Source: Halothermothrix sp.
Lineage (GTDB): Bacteria > Bacillota > Halanaerobiia > DY22613
Direction of reading: 5' to 3'
Assembly: GCA_016841825.1 (NCBI GenBank)
Contig: JAENYK010000013.1
Coordinates: forward strand, 6,739 to 70,738
Length of the DNA stretch: 64,000 bases
The position numbers and the translations under genes are program-made. The number at the start of each line of letters is the position of its first letter. Within the stretch, counting starts at the first letter, position 1. Shown one piece after another: positions 45,311-55,723 of this stretch. Below the pieces are notes generated by a model. That model had not been told where the DNA came from. It searched no databases and worked only from the letters and a program-made list of their open reading frames with translations.

Positions 45311-45341
45311 AAAAAACCGTCTGTACCAACAGACGGTTTTT
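45311..45341 (-). terminator. Rho-independent terminator after the OMP-like gene
   Basis: AACCGTCTG-TACCAA-CAGACGGTT, with a T-run on the minus strand immediately after the stop. Confidence 0.8.
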
Positions 45342-46028
45342 CTAGAATCCGAAACTAACATTGAGCAGCAAACTCATTCCATGCATTTGAGTCAAAATTT
45401 GTTCACCGGGAATTTTCTGTCCTCCCTGCTGCCAATCACCCAGGGTGTGTGAGTAGTGATAACCTACTTTAAATTCAACGTCCAAATACCGTTTAAGAGA
45501 ATAATTAATCCCGATCATTGGCTTAATCATAAAAATAGTTGCTTTCATCAAGGTCTCCTGGGGTACGACAAAACCTTCTTCAATACTATCGACAGTATCA
45601 TGAATCAGATTCAATTTCAGACTACCCAGTGATGTCGCCATTATACCACTGATAGCCAGAGAAGGGTTTAAAGGTAAAATTTGCTCTAACCAGACCCCAC
45701 CCTGAGTTAATGATAAGGCGGCAGTCTTGCCATCCACTGTTGTAGAAGTAACAGAACCGCCAGAACCAAAATTAGCATACCGCAAATTGTTCTCTGTCTG
45801 AGAAAACAAATTACCTCCATAAATAAACATCTTATCATCCAATGGTTCAAACTCATTATCTTTCAACATTTCATTAAGTTGGAAAAGATCGAGAGATAAC
45901 ATCTCCAGAGTCAATCCTCCACCACTTTGATGTAAAAGTTCGTTCTCTTCTATTACAGCAGCATCAGTAACAGATGTAAGACTTACAAATAATAATAGAA
46001 CCCAAAAAAATTTTTTTATAATCTTCAC
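45342..46028 (-). CDS. Secreted beta-barrel outer-membrane-protein-like protein
   Basis: Signal peptide (LLLFVSLTSVTDA), alternating beta-strand pattern and a C-terminal ...NVSFGF aromatic terminus. Confidence 0.45.
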   Translation of the reverse strand: MKIIKKFFWVLLLFVSLTSVTDAAVIEENELLHQSGGGLTLEMLSLDLFQLNEMLKDNEFEPLDDKMFIYGGNLFSQTENNLRYANFGSGGSVTSTTVDGKTAALSLTQGGVWLEQILPLNPSLAISGIMATSLGSLKLNLIHDTVDSIEEGFVVPQETLMKATIFMIKPMIGINYSLKRYLDVEFKVGYHYSHTLGDWQQGGQKIPGEQILTQMHGMSLLLNVSFGF

Positions 46029-46034
46029 ACCTCC

Positions 46035-46718
46035 TTAATCAGATCCAAGTACAGGATAATCACATATCTGATTTAGTTGACAGATTTCACACTTAGGATT
46101 GCGGGATGTACAAACTCCTCTCCCATGAGCAATTAACCGATGGCAAAACTTTGTCCATTGATCCTGGGGAATAAGTTTCATTAGATCATATTCCACCTTT
46201 TCTGGATTCTTCTCTGTAGTTAGACCCATTCTCCGGGACAAACGCCCAGCATGAGTATCAACAACAATTCCCGGTACACCAAAACCATCACCCAAAACCA
46301 CATTGGCAGTCTTGCGGCCGACTCCCGCCAATTGAGTTAATTCCTCTAAAGTCTGGGGAACTTCTCCGCCATGTTTAGTCACTAGATCCTGAGAACAACG
46401 AATAATATTTTTCGCCTTATTTCTAAAAAATCCAGTGGAGCGGATAGCCTCTTCCAACTCTTCGGGAATTGCATTGGCAAAAGCTGCAGGATCTGGATAT
46501 TTTTGAAATAGATCTTTAGTGACTTCATTAACCCGCTTATCTGTACATTGGGCAGCAAGAATAGTAGAAATCAATAATTCAAAAGGATTCTTAAAATTCA
46601 ATGAACAACTGGCATCAGGATATTCCCGTTCTAAAAACTCTAAAATCTGATCAACTTTTATTTGAATCTCTGTTTCAGTCAAATTACGTCTCTTTCTAGT
46701 TTTCTCTTTCGAAGCCAC
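46035..46718 (-). CDS. nth: Endonuclease III (DNA glycosylase/AP lyase)
   Basis: HhH-GPD region (LPGVGRKTANVVL) and C-terminal CX6CX2CX5C (CTSRNPKCEICQLNQIC). Confidence 0.9.
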   Translation of the reverse strand: MASKEKTRKRRNLTETEIQIKVDQILEFLEREYPDASCSLNFKNPFELLISTILAAQCTDKRVNEVTKDLFQKYPDPAAFANAIPEELEEAIRSTGFFRNKAKNIIRCSQDLVTKHGGEVPQTLEELTQLAGVGRKTANVVLGDGFGVPGIVVDTHAGRLSRRMGLTTEKNPEKVEYDLMKLIPQDQWTKFCHRLIAHGRGVCTSRNPKCEICQLNQICDYPVLGSD

Positions 46719-46719
46719 A

Positions 46720-48489
46720 TTATCTCTCCTTTCTAAAATTTTGTCTTCTCCCAGCTAAATATGCTTTAACCTCTTCAACACTCTTCGTATTAAAGACATT
46801 CTCCTTTGTCAGCCAACCTTTTCTGGCAACAGCCAAACCATATTCCAGATCGTCCAGACCGGTAACCCGATGAGCATCAGGATTAATACTAATCGAAACA
46901 CCCTGCTCAGCTGCATATTTACAATACCTCCAGTCCAGATCCAATCTGTGGGGATTGGCATTTAATTCTATAATCACCTGATGTTCGGCACAGGCTCGAA
47001 TAATTTTATTTAGATCAACCGGATAGCCTACCCGTCCCAACAAAAGTCTTCCGGTAGGATGACCCAGCATAGTCGTATATGGATTCTCAATTGCCCGCAA
47101 AATCCGTCTGGTCATCTGTTCTTCTGTACCATTAAAGTTAGAATGGATCGAAGCAATCACAAAATCAAATCCCTGCAAAATCTCTTCGGGATAATCCAGA
47201 GAACCATCTCCCAAAATCTCGGATTCTATTCCTTTGAAGATTTGAAAACCCTGAATCTCTTCATTCAAAGCATCAATCTCTTCCCATTGAGCCTGAACAG
47301 CAGAGTCCTTCAACCCATGGGCATAGACTGCTGTTCTACTATGGTCAGAGATACCCAGATAGTTAAAGCCCCGTTCACGACAGGCTTTAACTAGTTCTGG
47401 AATTGAATCAACGCCATCACTGTAGCGGGTATGAGTATGAAAAATACCACGAAAGTCATCTCTGGTAATCAATTCAGGTAAAGTCCCTGCTTCTGCTGCC
47501 TGAATCTCTCCCTGATCTTCCCGCAGTTCGGGAGGAATAAATTCCAGACCTAAAACTTTGAAAAACTCCTTTTCATCCCTGACGGGAATTCGCTCTTCAG
47601 CTTTAAAAATCCCATATTCATTAATTTTTAAGCCCATCTCTTTAGCCCGACCTCGCAGAGCAGTATTATGCTCTTTGCTTCCTGTAAAATGATGCAAGGC
47701 AGATACATATTCATCAGGTTTAACAGCTCTAAGATCTAAATTAATCCCAGCTTTTAAGACTACTGAAGTTTTGGTAGAACCACTACCAACCACTTCTTCT
47801 ACCTGATCAAATTCAATCAACCGTTCCATCACTTTTTCTGGTTGATTAGCCGCAGCAACCAGATCAATATCTTTGATAATTTCTTTTTTTCTCCTAATGC
47901 TGCCAGCTAACTCAACCTTTTCCACCTCTGGCCATCCTCTGACTACTTCCAGAATAGTTTCGGCATACCCAATAACATTGGCATATAGATGCTGACCCTG
48001 GAATTTTTTCAGATGGTCAATTCCCTTAACGATCTTATCCTGGGTTTTAGCACCAAAACCACTGAGTTCCAACAATCTATTCTCAACACAGGCATATTCT
48101 AATTCTCCCAGAGTAGATATCCCTAACTCCTGATAAAGTTTGCTAACTTTCTTCGGACCTAATCCAGGTAACTTTAAAATATCAAATAAGCCCGGAGGTA
48201 AAGATTCAGTTAACTCTTTAAAATAAGCTAATTCCCCAGTCTCTACCAACTCTTTAATTGTGTCTGCGAGGGAGGCACCAATTCCTGAAATCTCCCGCAA
48301 TCTATCATCTTTGACCAGTTGGAGTAGATCTTCTTCTAACATCTCGATCTTTCGGGCTCCATTGTAATAAGCTCTGGCTTTGAATTGATTCTCTCCGCGA
48401 AGCTCCATCATCGTACCCATTTGATTTAAAATTCTGCTTACCTCTTTTTTATCCATCTCGCTAAGATCACCCATCCCTTTATTCGTCAA
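46720..48489 (-). CDS. polX: DNA polymerase X family protein with C-terminal PHP domain
   Basis: N-terminal Pol-beta-like HhH modules (GIGASLADTI, LPGLGPKKVSKLY), the nucleotidyltransferase GSIRR...DIDL, and a PHP domain (FHTHTRYSDG). Confidence 0.85.
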   Translation of the reverse strand: MTNKGMGDLSEMDKKEVSRILNQMGTMMELRGENQFKARAYYNGARKIEMLEEDLLQLVKDDRLREISGIGASLADTIKELVETGELAYFKELTESLPPGLFDILKLPGLGPKKVSKLYQELGISTLGELEYACVENRLLELSGFGAKTQDKIVKGIDHLKKFQGQHLYANVIGYAETILEVVRGWPEVEKVELAGSIRRKKEIIKDIDLVAAANQPEKVMERLIEFDQVEEVVGSGSTKTSVVLKAGINLDLRAVKPDEYVSALHHFTGSKEHNTALRGRAKEMGLKINEYGIFKAEERIPVRDEKEFFKVLGLEFIPPELREDQGEIQAAEAGTLPELITRDDFRGIFHTHTRYSDGVDSIPELVKACRERGFNYLGISDHSRTAVYAHGLKDSAVQAQWEEIDALNEEIQGFQIFKGIESEILGDGSLDYPEEILQGFDFVIASIHSNFNGTEEQMTRRILRAIENPYTTMLGHPTGRLLLGRVGYPVDLNKIIRACAEHQVIIELNANPHRLDLDWRYCKYAAEQGVSISINPDAHRVTGLDDLEYGLAVARKGWLTKENVFNTKSVEEVKAYLAGRRQNFRKER

Positions 48490-49016
48490 TCATCATTATT
48501 TTCATGTTTACTTTTAAAATATAAATACAATCCAATACAGATCAGTGCCAGAGGAATCACGGTATTCAATACTCTAATCTGCCCCAAAATGAAATTTTCA
48601 TGTTCCACGAGCAAAACAAAACATCCAAAAGCTGCCAGACCGCCGGCGGGGAAAATAGGCCAATTTCTGGAACTCCAATCCAGATTCGTGTATTGTCGTG
48701 TATGTAATAGAACTAATAAAAAAGCCCCTGCCAGAAATATGAAAAATACTCCACCACCGATGGCATGGAAAAATGGCAAATCTTCTACATCAGCAAAAAG
48801 GGCTACTGCTGTAATAACTGATCCCGGAATCAGGAATCCAATATTCCCATAATGTCTGCTGCCCCCCAACATAAAATAGGTCAAGAAAAATCCTCCAGCT
48901 ACCAGATACAAGAAGATCATATCTGAAATTAAACCTATTTTCGCCAATAACATAAATACACCAATGAAGATAAGAATAAAACCAATGTTTGCATTAGAAG
49001 AATTCCTTCTAACCAT
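48486..49016 (-). CDS. Small integral membrane protein
   Basis: 176 aa with about 5 hydrophobic helices. 4-nt overlap with polX. Confidence 0.5.
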   Translation of the reverse strand: MVRRNSSNANIGFILIFIGVFMLLAKIGLISDMIFLYLVAGGFFLTYFMLGGSRHYGNIGFLIPGSVITAVALFADVEDLPFFHAIGGGVFFIFLAGAFLLVLLHTRQYTNLDWSSRNWPIFPAGGLAAFGCFVLLVEHENFILGQIRVLNTVIPLALICIGLYLYFKSKHENNDD

Positions 49017-49037
49017 TGAACATACCTCCTTTCTAGA

Positions 49038-49694
49038 CTAGGCCAACTCCACAATCTGTTTAAAGTCAGTTACTAGATGATCGGCATCAACCAACTCTTC
49101 AACTTTACCAAAACCATAGTTACAACCAATGGTTAACAGACCGTTCTTTTTACCAGCTTCTATATCAGAACTACGGTCACCAACCATGATGTATTCCCCA
49201 TCTTTGAAACGCTGGAGAATCAGTTTAACTAGATCAACTTTAGAGCGAGTCTGATAACCTCCTGCACTATAAACGGCTTCAAACAGACCAGAAAAATGAT
49301 ACTCTGCAACTCCAGTAACATAACCTTGATCACCGTTAGAAGCTATACACAACCGATAATCTCTTTGACGAAAATTCTGTAAAACTTCAGAAACTCCCGG
49401 GTAAGGTCTACCCTCTCCCCGATGTAAGCGCAGCATCTCATAATACAACATATATTCATCAGCTTTTTCCACCACAGCTACAGAAACTCCCGGTAACAAC
49501 TCTGCCCAGATTTGATCGTTGGTTTTGCCGAACATCGATTTTAACACCTCATCACTGGGGATCGGTCCCGGATATAATCCCTCTTTCTGCAATCTGAACA
49601 TCGTGTCATGAAACGCAGGGATAGCTAATGTATCAGATTGGAATAATGTACCATCGAGATCAAAGATAATTGTTTTGACGAATTCTTTTCCCAT
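49038..49694 (-). CDS. HAD-superfamily hydrolase (phosphoglycolate phosphatase-like)
   Basis: IIFDLDGTL motif I and VGDRSSDIEAG motif. ATG at 49694 after GAGGAGG (track start is 49709). Confidence 0.75.
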   Translation of the reverse strand: MGKEFVKTIIFDLDGTLFQSDTLAIPAFHDTMFRLQKEGLYPGPIPSDEVLKSMFGKTNDQIWAELLPGVSVAVVEKADEYMLYYEMLRLHRGEGRPYPGVSEVLQNFRQRDYRLCIASNGDQGYVTGVAEYHFSGLFEAVYSAGGYQTRSKVDLVKLILQRFKDGEYIMVGDRSSDIEAGKKNGLLTIGCNYGFGKVEELVDADHLVTDFKQIVELA

Positions 49695-49876
49695 TTTGTT
49701 CCTCCTCATTTACGGTTATCTTCATCTAATTAACTTCAAGACCTTTTCCAAAATTCCTGCTCTATTTATTATATATAAAGACAAAGAGAGAAAATGTTCC
49801 TTAACAGGTTTACACTTTCTCTCTAATACATAGTTAGACCATTATTGATAGGTTTAAATTTATAAATGATAGTTGT

Positions 49877-50362
49877 CTAGATCGTAGTGGGTTCTGTTAA
49901 CACCCGGTTAAGTGCTTCCTCATATGCCTGTAAATTCAAAGTTGCAATCTGATTAACAGTGTTCATTCCAGCTACTCGCCGTTTCTCATTACCCAAATCC
50001 TCACTCAAAACCTCCTGCAGCTCATCAAAATGTTCTATCAAACTGTCAATCTCCTCAGTTATCTGATCTATTATAGAAGTATGCACAATCTGTGTATATT
50101 GTTCACCAATCAGTTCACTCATCTCTGAATCCGGAAATCTGTTAACAAAAGCCCGATTAACCATATTTAACAAAACCATCAATCTGGTCATGTAAATACC
50201 CTGCTGTAGGATATTATCATCCTTATATTCTTTATGGATGATATCATTTGATATATCAATCAAATTTTGCATAACATTGAACTGCCAATCCATCATTGCA
50301 TCGTAATTCAAAGTCTTTAACTGCTTCATCTCTTTATCATTGATTAGCACAAGGTTTGTCAT
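49877..50362 (-). CDS. Hypothetical helical protein
   Basis: 161-aa ORF with normal codon usage. No family recognised. Confidence 0.4.
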   Translation of the reverse strand: MTNLVLINDKEMKQLKTLNYDAMMDWQFNVMQNLIDISNDIIHKEYKDDNILQQGIYMTRLMVLLNMVNRAFVNRFPDSEMSELIGEQYTQIVHTSIIDQITEEIDSLIEHFDELQEVLSEDLGNEKRRVAGMNTVNQIATLNLQAYEEALNRVLTEPTTI

Positions 50363-50481
50363 TTACCAGATCATCCTCCTTACTTTTCTCCCATTAGTAT
50401 AAACAGAAAAGCAGGATTATACCAAAAAAAATAATCTGACTACCAATATCCCGTAATCAGATTACTTGACTTTAATCTTAA

Positions 50482-51819
50482 TTATACATTAGTCTTCCCG
50501 GTAAAGTGGAAGTTTTTAATCTTCAAAGCAGGTACATAGTTTGTTCCTCTAAAAGATGGAACCTGTTGTCGTTCACTGGAGATGGTTTCTACATTGTTAA
50601 ATGCATCTAACATACTCTCAGTAAAACGCATATTCTTCACACTACCTACTAATTTACCATTTTCAATCTTAAACACCCCATCTCGCGTTAGAGCAGTCAA
50701 AATAGCCTGACGGGGATTAACCACATTCATATAGTGGAAACGTGTAACCAATAAACCCTTCTCAGTATTAGCAATAATCTCCTGCAAACTCTCTTCTCCA
50801 GGTACAATAGTCAGATGTAACGGTAGAGCACCCATACCAGGCATATTGATCGAATGACCAGTAGTTTCGACTCCGTCTTTAATCGCACTGGCAGTGTCAT
50901 AAACCAGACCTTTAGCCACCCCGTCTTCGATAATCATAACTTTCTGACGTGGATAACCTTCCAGGTCAAATGGCATAGTCATGGTATGCTCATTTGTGTG
51001 ATCATCAATAATCGTAATATTTTTACCCAGAACTAATTCTCCAAGTTTGCCAGTCAAAAAACTACGCTTATATTGCACACTCTTCGCTGAAAAACCCATG
51101 TATGCCATATATTGAACCATCTCACCAACTGCTAATGGTTCCAAAATAACTGTATAAGCACCTGGTTCTAACTGCTCTGGATCTTGATTCATTTTTGCTT
51201 TATCATAGGCAATCGTAAAACTACCTGTGATATCAATCTCATCTGGGAGGTTAGAATTTGCTTCTGCATAGCCTGACCCACCCTTATCAGAATCAATTAG
51301 AACACTGAATTTAACAGTGTTAGCACTAGCGAAGCGTTTGACATTCTTCGAGTTACCATAACCAAAACTTTCCATAGTATACGAAAGAGCACCAAATGCT
51401 TTAAATCCTTCATCCAAAATGTCAATGCCTTCTTTAATCAGCCTGGCTCTTTCTTCAATATTGAACAGGTCTATCAATTCTTCATTTACTTCTTCTACTT
51501 CCAATACCTCTGGAGACTCAACTAATGGCAATTCCAACTCACCTTCCGGCACAAATTCCAGATTGTCAATAGTCTCCTGGACAGCTAATCGTAATCCTTC
51601 CTCATCATAGCGGGTTGTTTTGATTTCACTAACTTTTTTACCCTGCTGGATAGTGATCGCCACACCAGTCATATCCTCAAACATATTCTGATGAATCTCC
51701 GAATTTGCAAATCTGGTCAGACCTTCTTCTCTGGAATTGACAACTACTCTGACATTATATCCTACAGCCTGATTAACAACAAAATCAATGACCTGATAAA
51801 TTTGTTCTTTATTTAACAT
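50482..51819 (-). CDS. pmbA: PmbA/TldE-family metalloprotease subunit
   Basis: Paired with tldD and has the family's typical length. The ATG at 51819 overlaps the tldD stop. Confidence 0.75.
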   Translation of the reverse strand: MLNKEQIYQVIDFVVNQAVGYNVRVVVNSREEGLTRFANSEIHQNMFEDMTGVAITIQQGKKVSEIKTTRYDEEGLRLAVQETIDNLEFVPEGELELPLVESPEVLEVEEVNEELIDLFNIEERARLIKEGIDILDEGFKAFGALSYTMESFGYGNSKNVKRFASANTVKFSVLIDSDKGGSGYAEANSNLPDEIDITGSFTIAYDKAKMNQDPEQLEPGAYTVILEPLAVGEMVQYMAYMGFSAKSVQYKRSFLTGKLGELVLGKNITIIDDHTNEHTMTMPFDLEGYPRQKVMIIEDGVAKGLVYDTASAIKDGVETTGHSINMPGMGALPLHLTIVPGEESLQEIIANTEKGLLVTRFHYMNVVNPRQAILTALTRDGVFKIENGKLVGSVKNMRFTESMLDAFNNVETISSERQQVPSFRGTNYVPALKIKNFHFTGKTNV

Positions 51820-53251
51820 CAGCCACACCTACCTTAATTTTTCTAAATCTCGCTGGAGCCGCACCATGACCTACATGCGCAACCTGCATAGGTTGGCCCT
51901 TCCCACAGTTAGGTGTACCAAACATAGTCCAATATTTCTCACTACATACTCCATCACAAGAACCCCAAAATTGTGGAGTAATACCTGTATAAAGTGGATT
52001 TTTATATATCTTACCAGTCAATTTACCGTCTTTGATCTGATAAGCGATCTCACAGGCAAACTGGAAATTCAATCGTTTGTCATCAATGCTCCAACTCTTA
52101 TTGGTGCAGAAATAGAAACCATCTTCAATACCCTGAATTAATTCGTCTAACTCCCTATCTCCAGGCAAAAGGTTAATATTAGTCATCCGAACAATCGGTG
52201 TTCTCCCCCAACCATCAGCTCTATTGGTACCATTCGATGGTTGGTTAAGTAAGCAAGCAGTATCCCTGGAACTAATAAAGTTTTGGAAGATACCTTTAGT
52301 AATAACCTCAGTTCTCTGACCTTTCACACCATCATCATCATAACCAAACGTTCCCAATCCTCCAGGTACTGTAGCATCAGCTACCACATTTACATACTCA
52401 GAACCGTATTGAAAACCAATCATCTCCGGACTAATAAAGCTAGTTCCGGCAAAACCCGCTTCATAACCAAATACCCGGTCTAATTCAACCGGATGCCCGA
52501 TACTCTCATGAATCTGCAGCGCTAACTGAGAACCATCAATGATAATATCATATACTCCCGATGGACATTCTTCAGCATCCAGTAGTGCTTCTGCTTCTTG
52601 AGCAATTTTCTGAGCATTCTCCACCAGTTTTAGATCCAAAATATACTCCCAACCCGCAGTACCATGATTACCTCGAAAAGAGTTAGGATAGCTCCGACCC
52701 TGCATATCCTGTTCATTCGCTGCAATAGCTTCAATTCCACCACCAGTCTCATAAAGCTTCTGAGTGATATATGACCCTTCTGTATCTGCAAAAATTTTCT
52801 CCTCTTTTCGAAAATCCATGCTACCTACAGTCCTAAATAGTTTGGCATGTTTGCGCATCTCTTCTTCAGCTTTGAATAACAGATCTAACTTTTCCTTCTT
52901 GGAGATGGTAAACGGATCAATCCCGATAGGAGTTTGATAATGATCAACGACCACTTCCTTTGCTGATAAACGAATGGCCTGACGTTGAGCCAGACGGCTG
53001 GCCCTGGCAATTCGTACAGCCTTTAAGGCTGTCTCTTCCAGCTTGTCAAAATCTTGAGAACCAGCAAAACCCATAGAACCATCTACAAAAACCCTGATAC
53101 CATAACCCTTACTGAAAGTTGTGGAGATATCCCTTACTGTTAGATTTTCAGTATTAATCTTCTCCTCAATAATCTCGTTAACACGAATGTCAGCGTAATC
53201 CACCTGGTGAAGCTTTAACATTTTAAGGATTGCTAATAACTTTTCCCTCAT
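51809..53251 (-). CDS. tldD: TldD-family metalloprotease
   Basis: QIHESIGHPVELDR (HExxxH-type TldD motif). 480 aa. Confidence 0.85.
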   Translation of the reverse strand: MREKLLAILKMLKLHQVDYADIRVNEIIEEKINTENLTVRDISTTFSKGYGIRVFVDGSMGFAGSQDFDKLEETALKAVRIARASRLAQRQAIRLSAKEVVVDHYQTPIGIDPFTISKKEKLDLLFKAEEEMRKHAKLFRTVGSMDFRKEEKIFADTEGSYITQKLYETGGGIEAIAANEQDMQGRSYPNSFRGNHGTAGWEYILDLKLVENAQKIAQEAEALLDAEECPSGVYDIIIDGSQLALQIHESIGHPVELDRVFGYEAGFAGTSFISPEMIGFQYGSEYVNVVADATVPGGLGTFGYDDDGVKGQRTEVITKGIFQNFISSRDTACLLNQPSNGTNRADGWGRTPIVRMTNINLLPGDRELDELIQGIEDGFYFCTNKSWSIDDKRLNFQFACEIAYQIKDGKLTGKIYKNPLYTGITPQFWGSCDGVCSEKYWTMFGTPNCGKGQPMQVAHVGHGAAPARFRKIKVGVADVK

Positions 53252-53396
53252 ACCTTTAAATCTCCTTTCCAGTCAAAATTTGCTTTATAATTTTTATATT
53301 ATACATTTCTAAATTTATTCCTGTTAAAAATTTCGTTTTCCTAAATTTTTTTAAAAAAATAATCTGGAGGCACTCTTCCTCCAGATTATTTGTAAT

Positions 53397-53972
53397 CTAA
53401 ATATTTTTATTTGTCATCAAAGTTGATTTATCAGGAGAAGTACGCAAAACGTTGGCGACTGATTTATAAACTATTAAAGTAATAACAGAGTTAATCCCAG
53501 CCTTCAATAAGTTAAAAGGAATAATAGTTGGGATTATCATCTTAATCACTGCCTCCCGTGGTACACCCATAAAGATAACCGTAAAGATCAGGTTTGCCGG
53601 AATCATCATCAAAGCCATGGCCATAGAACCACAAATCAAAGCCATAATTCCACCTTTGAAAGTATGAAACTTCCGATATATAGATCCTGCAACAAGTGCA
53701 AAAGTTCCCGTAGCCATCACATGCATCACAAAACCAATCCAGCCACTACCTGCACTAACCGTCATCGCTTGAACCAGAGATGCCACAACTGTGATTATAA
53801 ATCCAGCAACTGGCCCATACATAAAGGTCCCTATCATAATTGGAATATCTGCCGGATCATATTCCATAAATGGAGCCTGAGGTAATAATGGGAAATGAAT
53901 AATTGTCACTAACAGAATGGACATTGCAGCTAATAAAGCCATCTTAACTAATCGGTTTGTCTTGCTTTTCAT
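53397..53972 (-). CDS. ribU: ECF-transporter S component for riboflavin
   Basis: 191-aa protein with about 5-6 TM helices, directly downstream of an FMN riboswitch. Confidence 0.75.
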   Translation of the reverse strand: MKSKTNRLVKMALLAAMSILLVTIIHFPLLPQAPFMEYDPADIPIMIGTFMYGPVAGFIITVVASLVQAMTVSAGSGWIGFVMHVMATGTFALVAGSIYRKFHTFKGGIMALICGSMAMALMMIPANLIFTVIFMGVPREAVIKMIIPTIIPFNLLKAGINSVITLIVYKSVANVLRTSPDKSTLMTNKNI

Positions 53973-54036
53973 AAGTATTTCACTCTCCTCTAGAATAGAT
54001 TTGATAGTTACTAAATGAGAGTGAGATTGAGAACAT

Positions 54037-54067
54037 TAAAAAAGCCCTGAAACAAATGTTCAGGGCT
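54037..54067 (-). terminator. Terminator hairpin of the FMN riboswitch expression platform
   Basis: Minus strand reads AGCCCTGAA-CATTTGT-TTCAGGGCT followed by TTTTTT. Confidence 0.75.
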
Positions 54068-54094
54068 ATGTGCTCATGCACAAAAAGATCTCAA

Positions 54095-54230
54095 ATCTCA
54101 CCTTCTCTCATCCGGACTATACCGTCGGTTCTGGAATTACACCAGATCTGCCACAGCGCGTGTCGCACTATTGGCTCGTGGACTGTCACCACCGGTAGGG
54201 AATCTCACCCTGCCCTGAAGGCAAATATAA
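54095..54230 (-). promoter_or_regulatory. FMN riboswitch (RFN element)
   Basis: Minus strand reads CTTCAGGGCAGGGTGAGATTCCCTACCGGTGGT...AGTCCACGAGCC...GGTGTAATTCCAGAACCGACGGTATAGTCCGGATGAGAGAAGG, matching the conserved RFN cores. Confidence 0.9.
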
Positions 54231-54314
54231 ATTTTTCATTAACAGAATAACAGATATTTGCTACTTTGTCAAGGAAAATCTCGAATAAAAATCACTAGCC
54301 TTACCAAAATCATT

Positions 54315-55145
54315 CTAATTCAAAAAACTAATAGTTAAGCCACCGCGTCCAGCATGGGTTGCAATACAACTACCCATATAACTAAGAATAACCTCTCTGG
54401 GGTTAAATCTATCGATAATCATCTTCTTCAAAGCTTCAGCATCAGGTAAATTATCCGCATGAGAAATACCAATAATCTTATCTTCCAGACTCTGACCACA
54501 CTCTTCCAACATCTGAATAAACTTATTAAATACTCTCTTTTTACCACGCATTTTATCTAAAAACTTAATCTCACCATCTTCATTAGTAAGTAAAAGTTTT
54601 AGATTAAACATATTGACCAGAGAACCTGCCACTTTACCAAGCCTACCACTTTTAACGATATTCTTCGCAGTATCCAAAAAGATTAACATTCGCAAATTTT
54701 CAATTCGCCCTGTTATCTCATCAACAATATCGTGAATTCCTTTCCCAAGTTTCGCCATCTCTGCTGCATATACGGTTATGATACCCAGACCGAGAGTGGC
54801 AGCTTTGGAATCAATAAACCAGACCTTACGTCCGGCTATATCAGCAGCTAATCTGGCACTTTGAAGAGTTCCACTTAATTTGGAAGAAAGAGTAATGCAA
54901 ATTATCTGGTCTTCTTCAGGTATCTCCTTAAACACATTAACAAAAGCTTGTGGGGATGCGGATCCTGTTTTAGGTAATTCTTCAGCCTGTTCCATCTTAT
55001 CAAAAAACTCTTTACCGTCCAACTCACCATCCTGGTATAACTCCCCTTCAAATTCCAGAGAAAGGGGAACAACTTTGATTCCATACCGCTCAATTATTTC
55101 TGCAGGTAAGTCTGCAGAGCTATCAGTTACTATCCGAATAGCCAT
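54315..55145 (-). CDS. DegV-family fatty-acid-binding protein
   Basis: IRIVTDSSADLP N-terminus. 276 aa. Confidence 0.85.
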   Translation of the reverse strand: MAIRIVTDSSADLPAEIIERYGIKVVPLSLEFEGELYQDGELDGKEFFDKMEQAEELPKTGSASPQAFVNVFKEIPEEDQIICITLSSKLSGTLQSARLAADIAGRKVWFIDSKAATLGLGIITVYAAEMAKLGKGIHDIVDEITGRIENLRMLIFLDTAKNIVKSGRLGKVAGSLVNMFNLKLLLTNEDGEIKFLDKMRGKKRVFNKFIQMLEECGQSLEDKIIGISHADNLPDAEALKKMIIDRFNPREVILSYMGSCIATHAGRGGLTISFLN

Positions 55146-55149
55146 ATAT

Positions 55150-55723
55150 AAAAAACCTCCTTAAACATCTCATTTAATTTAGAGTAGTGACAAACCAGTT
55201 ATTGATCTCATCTTCCATCAATAAGATCCGATGATCTAATTCCATATCCTAATGACTACCCATCTCTAAGATGCCTAGTCATATAATCACCAAAACCAAC
55301 CAATCCATTAGATTCATAACCCTGTTATCGGACAAAATAGACTGCTTCCTGAATATCAAAAGCTTCCTTAATGCCTCCAGTAAATTCTCCTCCACTTCTA
55401 CCTTGTCCGCGAAAATCAATGTTTAAAGTATCATATCTATGACCCAATTTGTCGGGAAGTGCTCGCTTAAAATTATCATCTTTCATCGAATATAGTCCAT
55501 CAAGCAAAATAATTAGGCTTTGATGCCTTCTGATAAAATAATTACCGACTATCTTAACTCCATCTACAGTAGTGAGAATGATCTCCTGAAGATTATTAGG
55601 CAGGGGTTTTAACAGATCATTAGTACCCAATCCACCATGAACTCGCTCACTCCAAATGGCTAGCACCAGAATAGAAACAGCAGTAAGTGTCGTCTGAAAA
55701 TACCTTTCTGGTTTTCGAACCAT
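55150..55723 (-). pseudogene. Degraded alpha/beta-hydrolase gene
   Basis: The 132-aa ORF (55325..55723) ends after IDFRGQGRSGG...AVYFVR. Past the in-frame TAA it continues QGYESNGLVGFGDYMTRHL, a decayed nucleophile-elbow region, and then meets further stops. Confidence 0.4.

Noticed and set aside
50482-53251. TldD/PmbA pair as the leader protease of the RiPP loci
   Set aside because: These proteases can process some RiPPs. Here, though, they lie 15 kb or more away in a separate operon among housekeeping genes, and the big operon has its own four proteases. I treat them as unlinked.
54056-54250. 64-aa plus-strand ORF
   Set aside because: It lies entirely on top of the minus-strand FMN riboswitch and its terminator. 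The RNA element explains the sequence.
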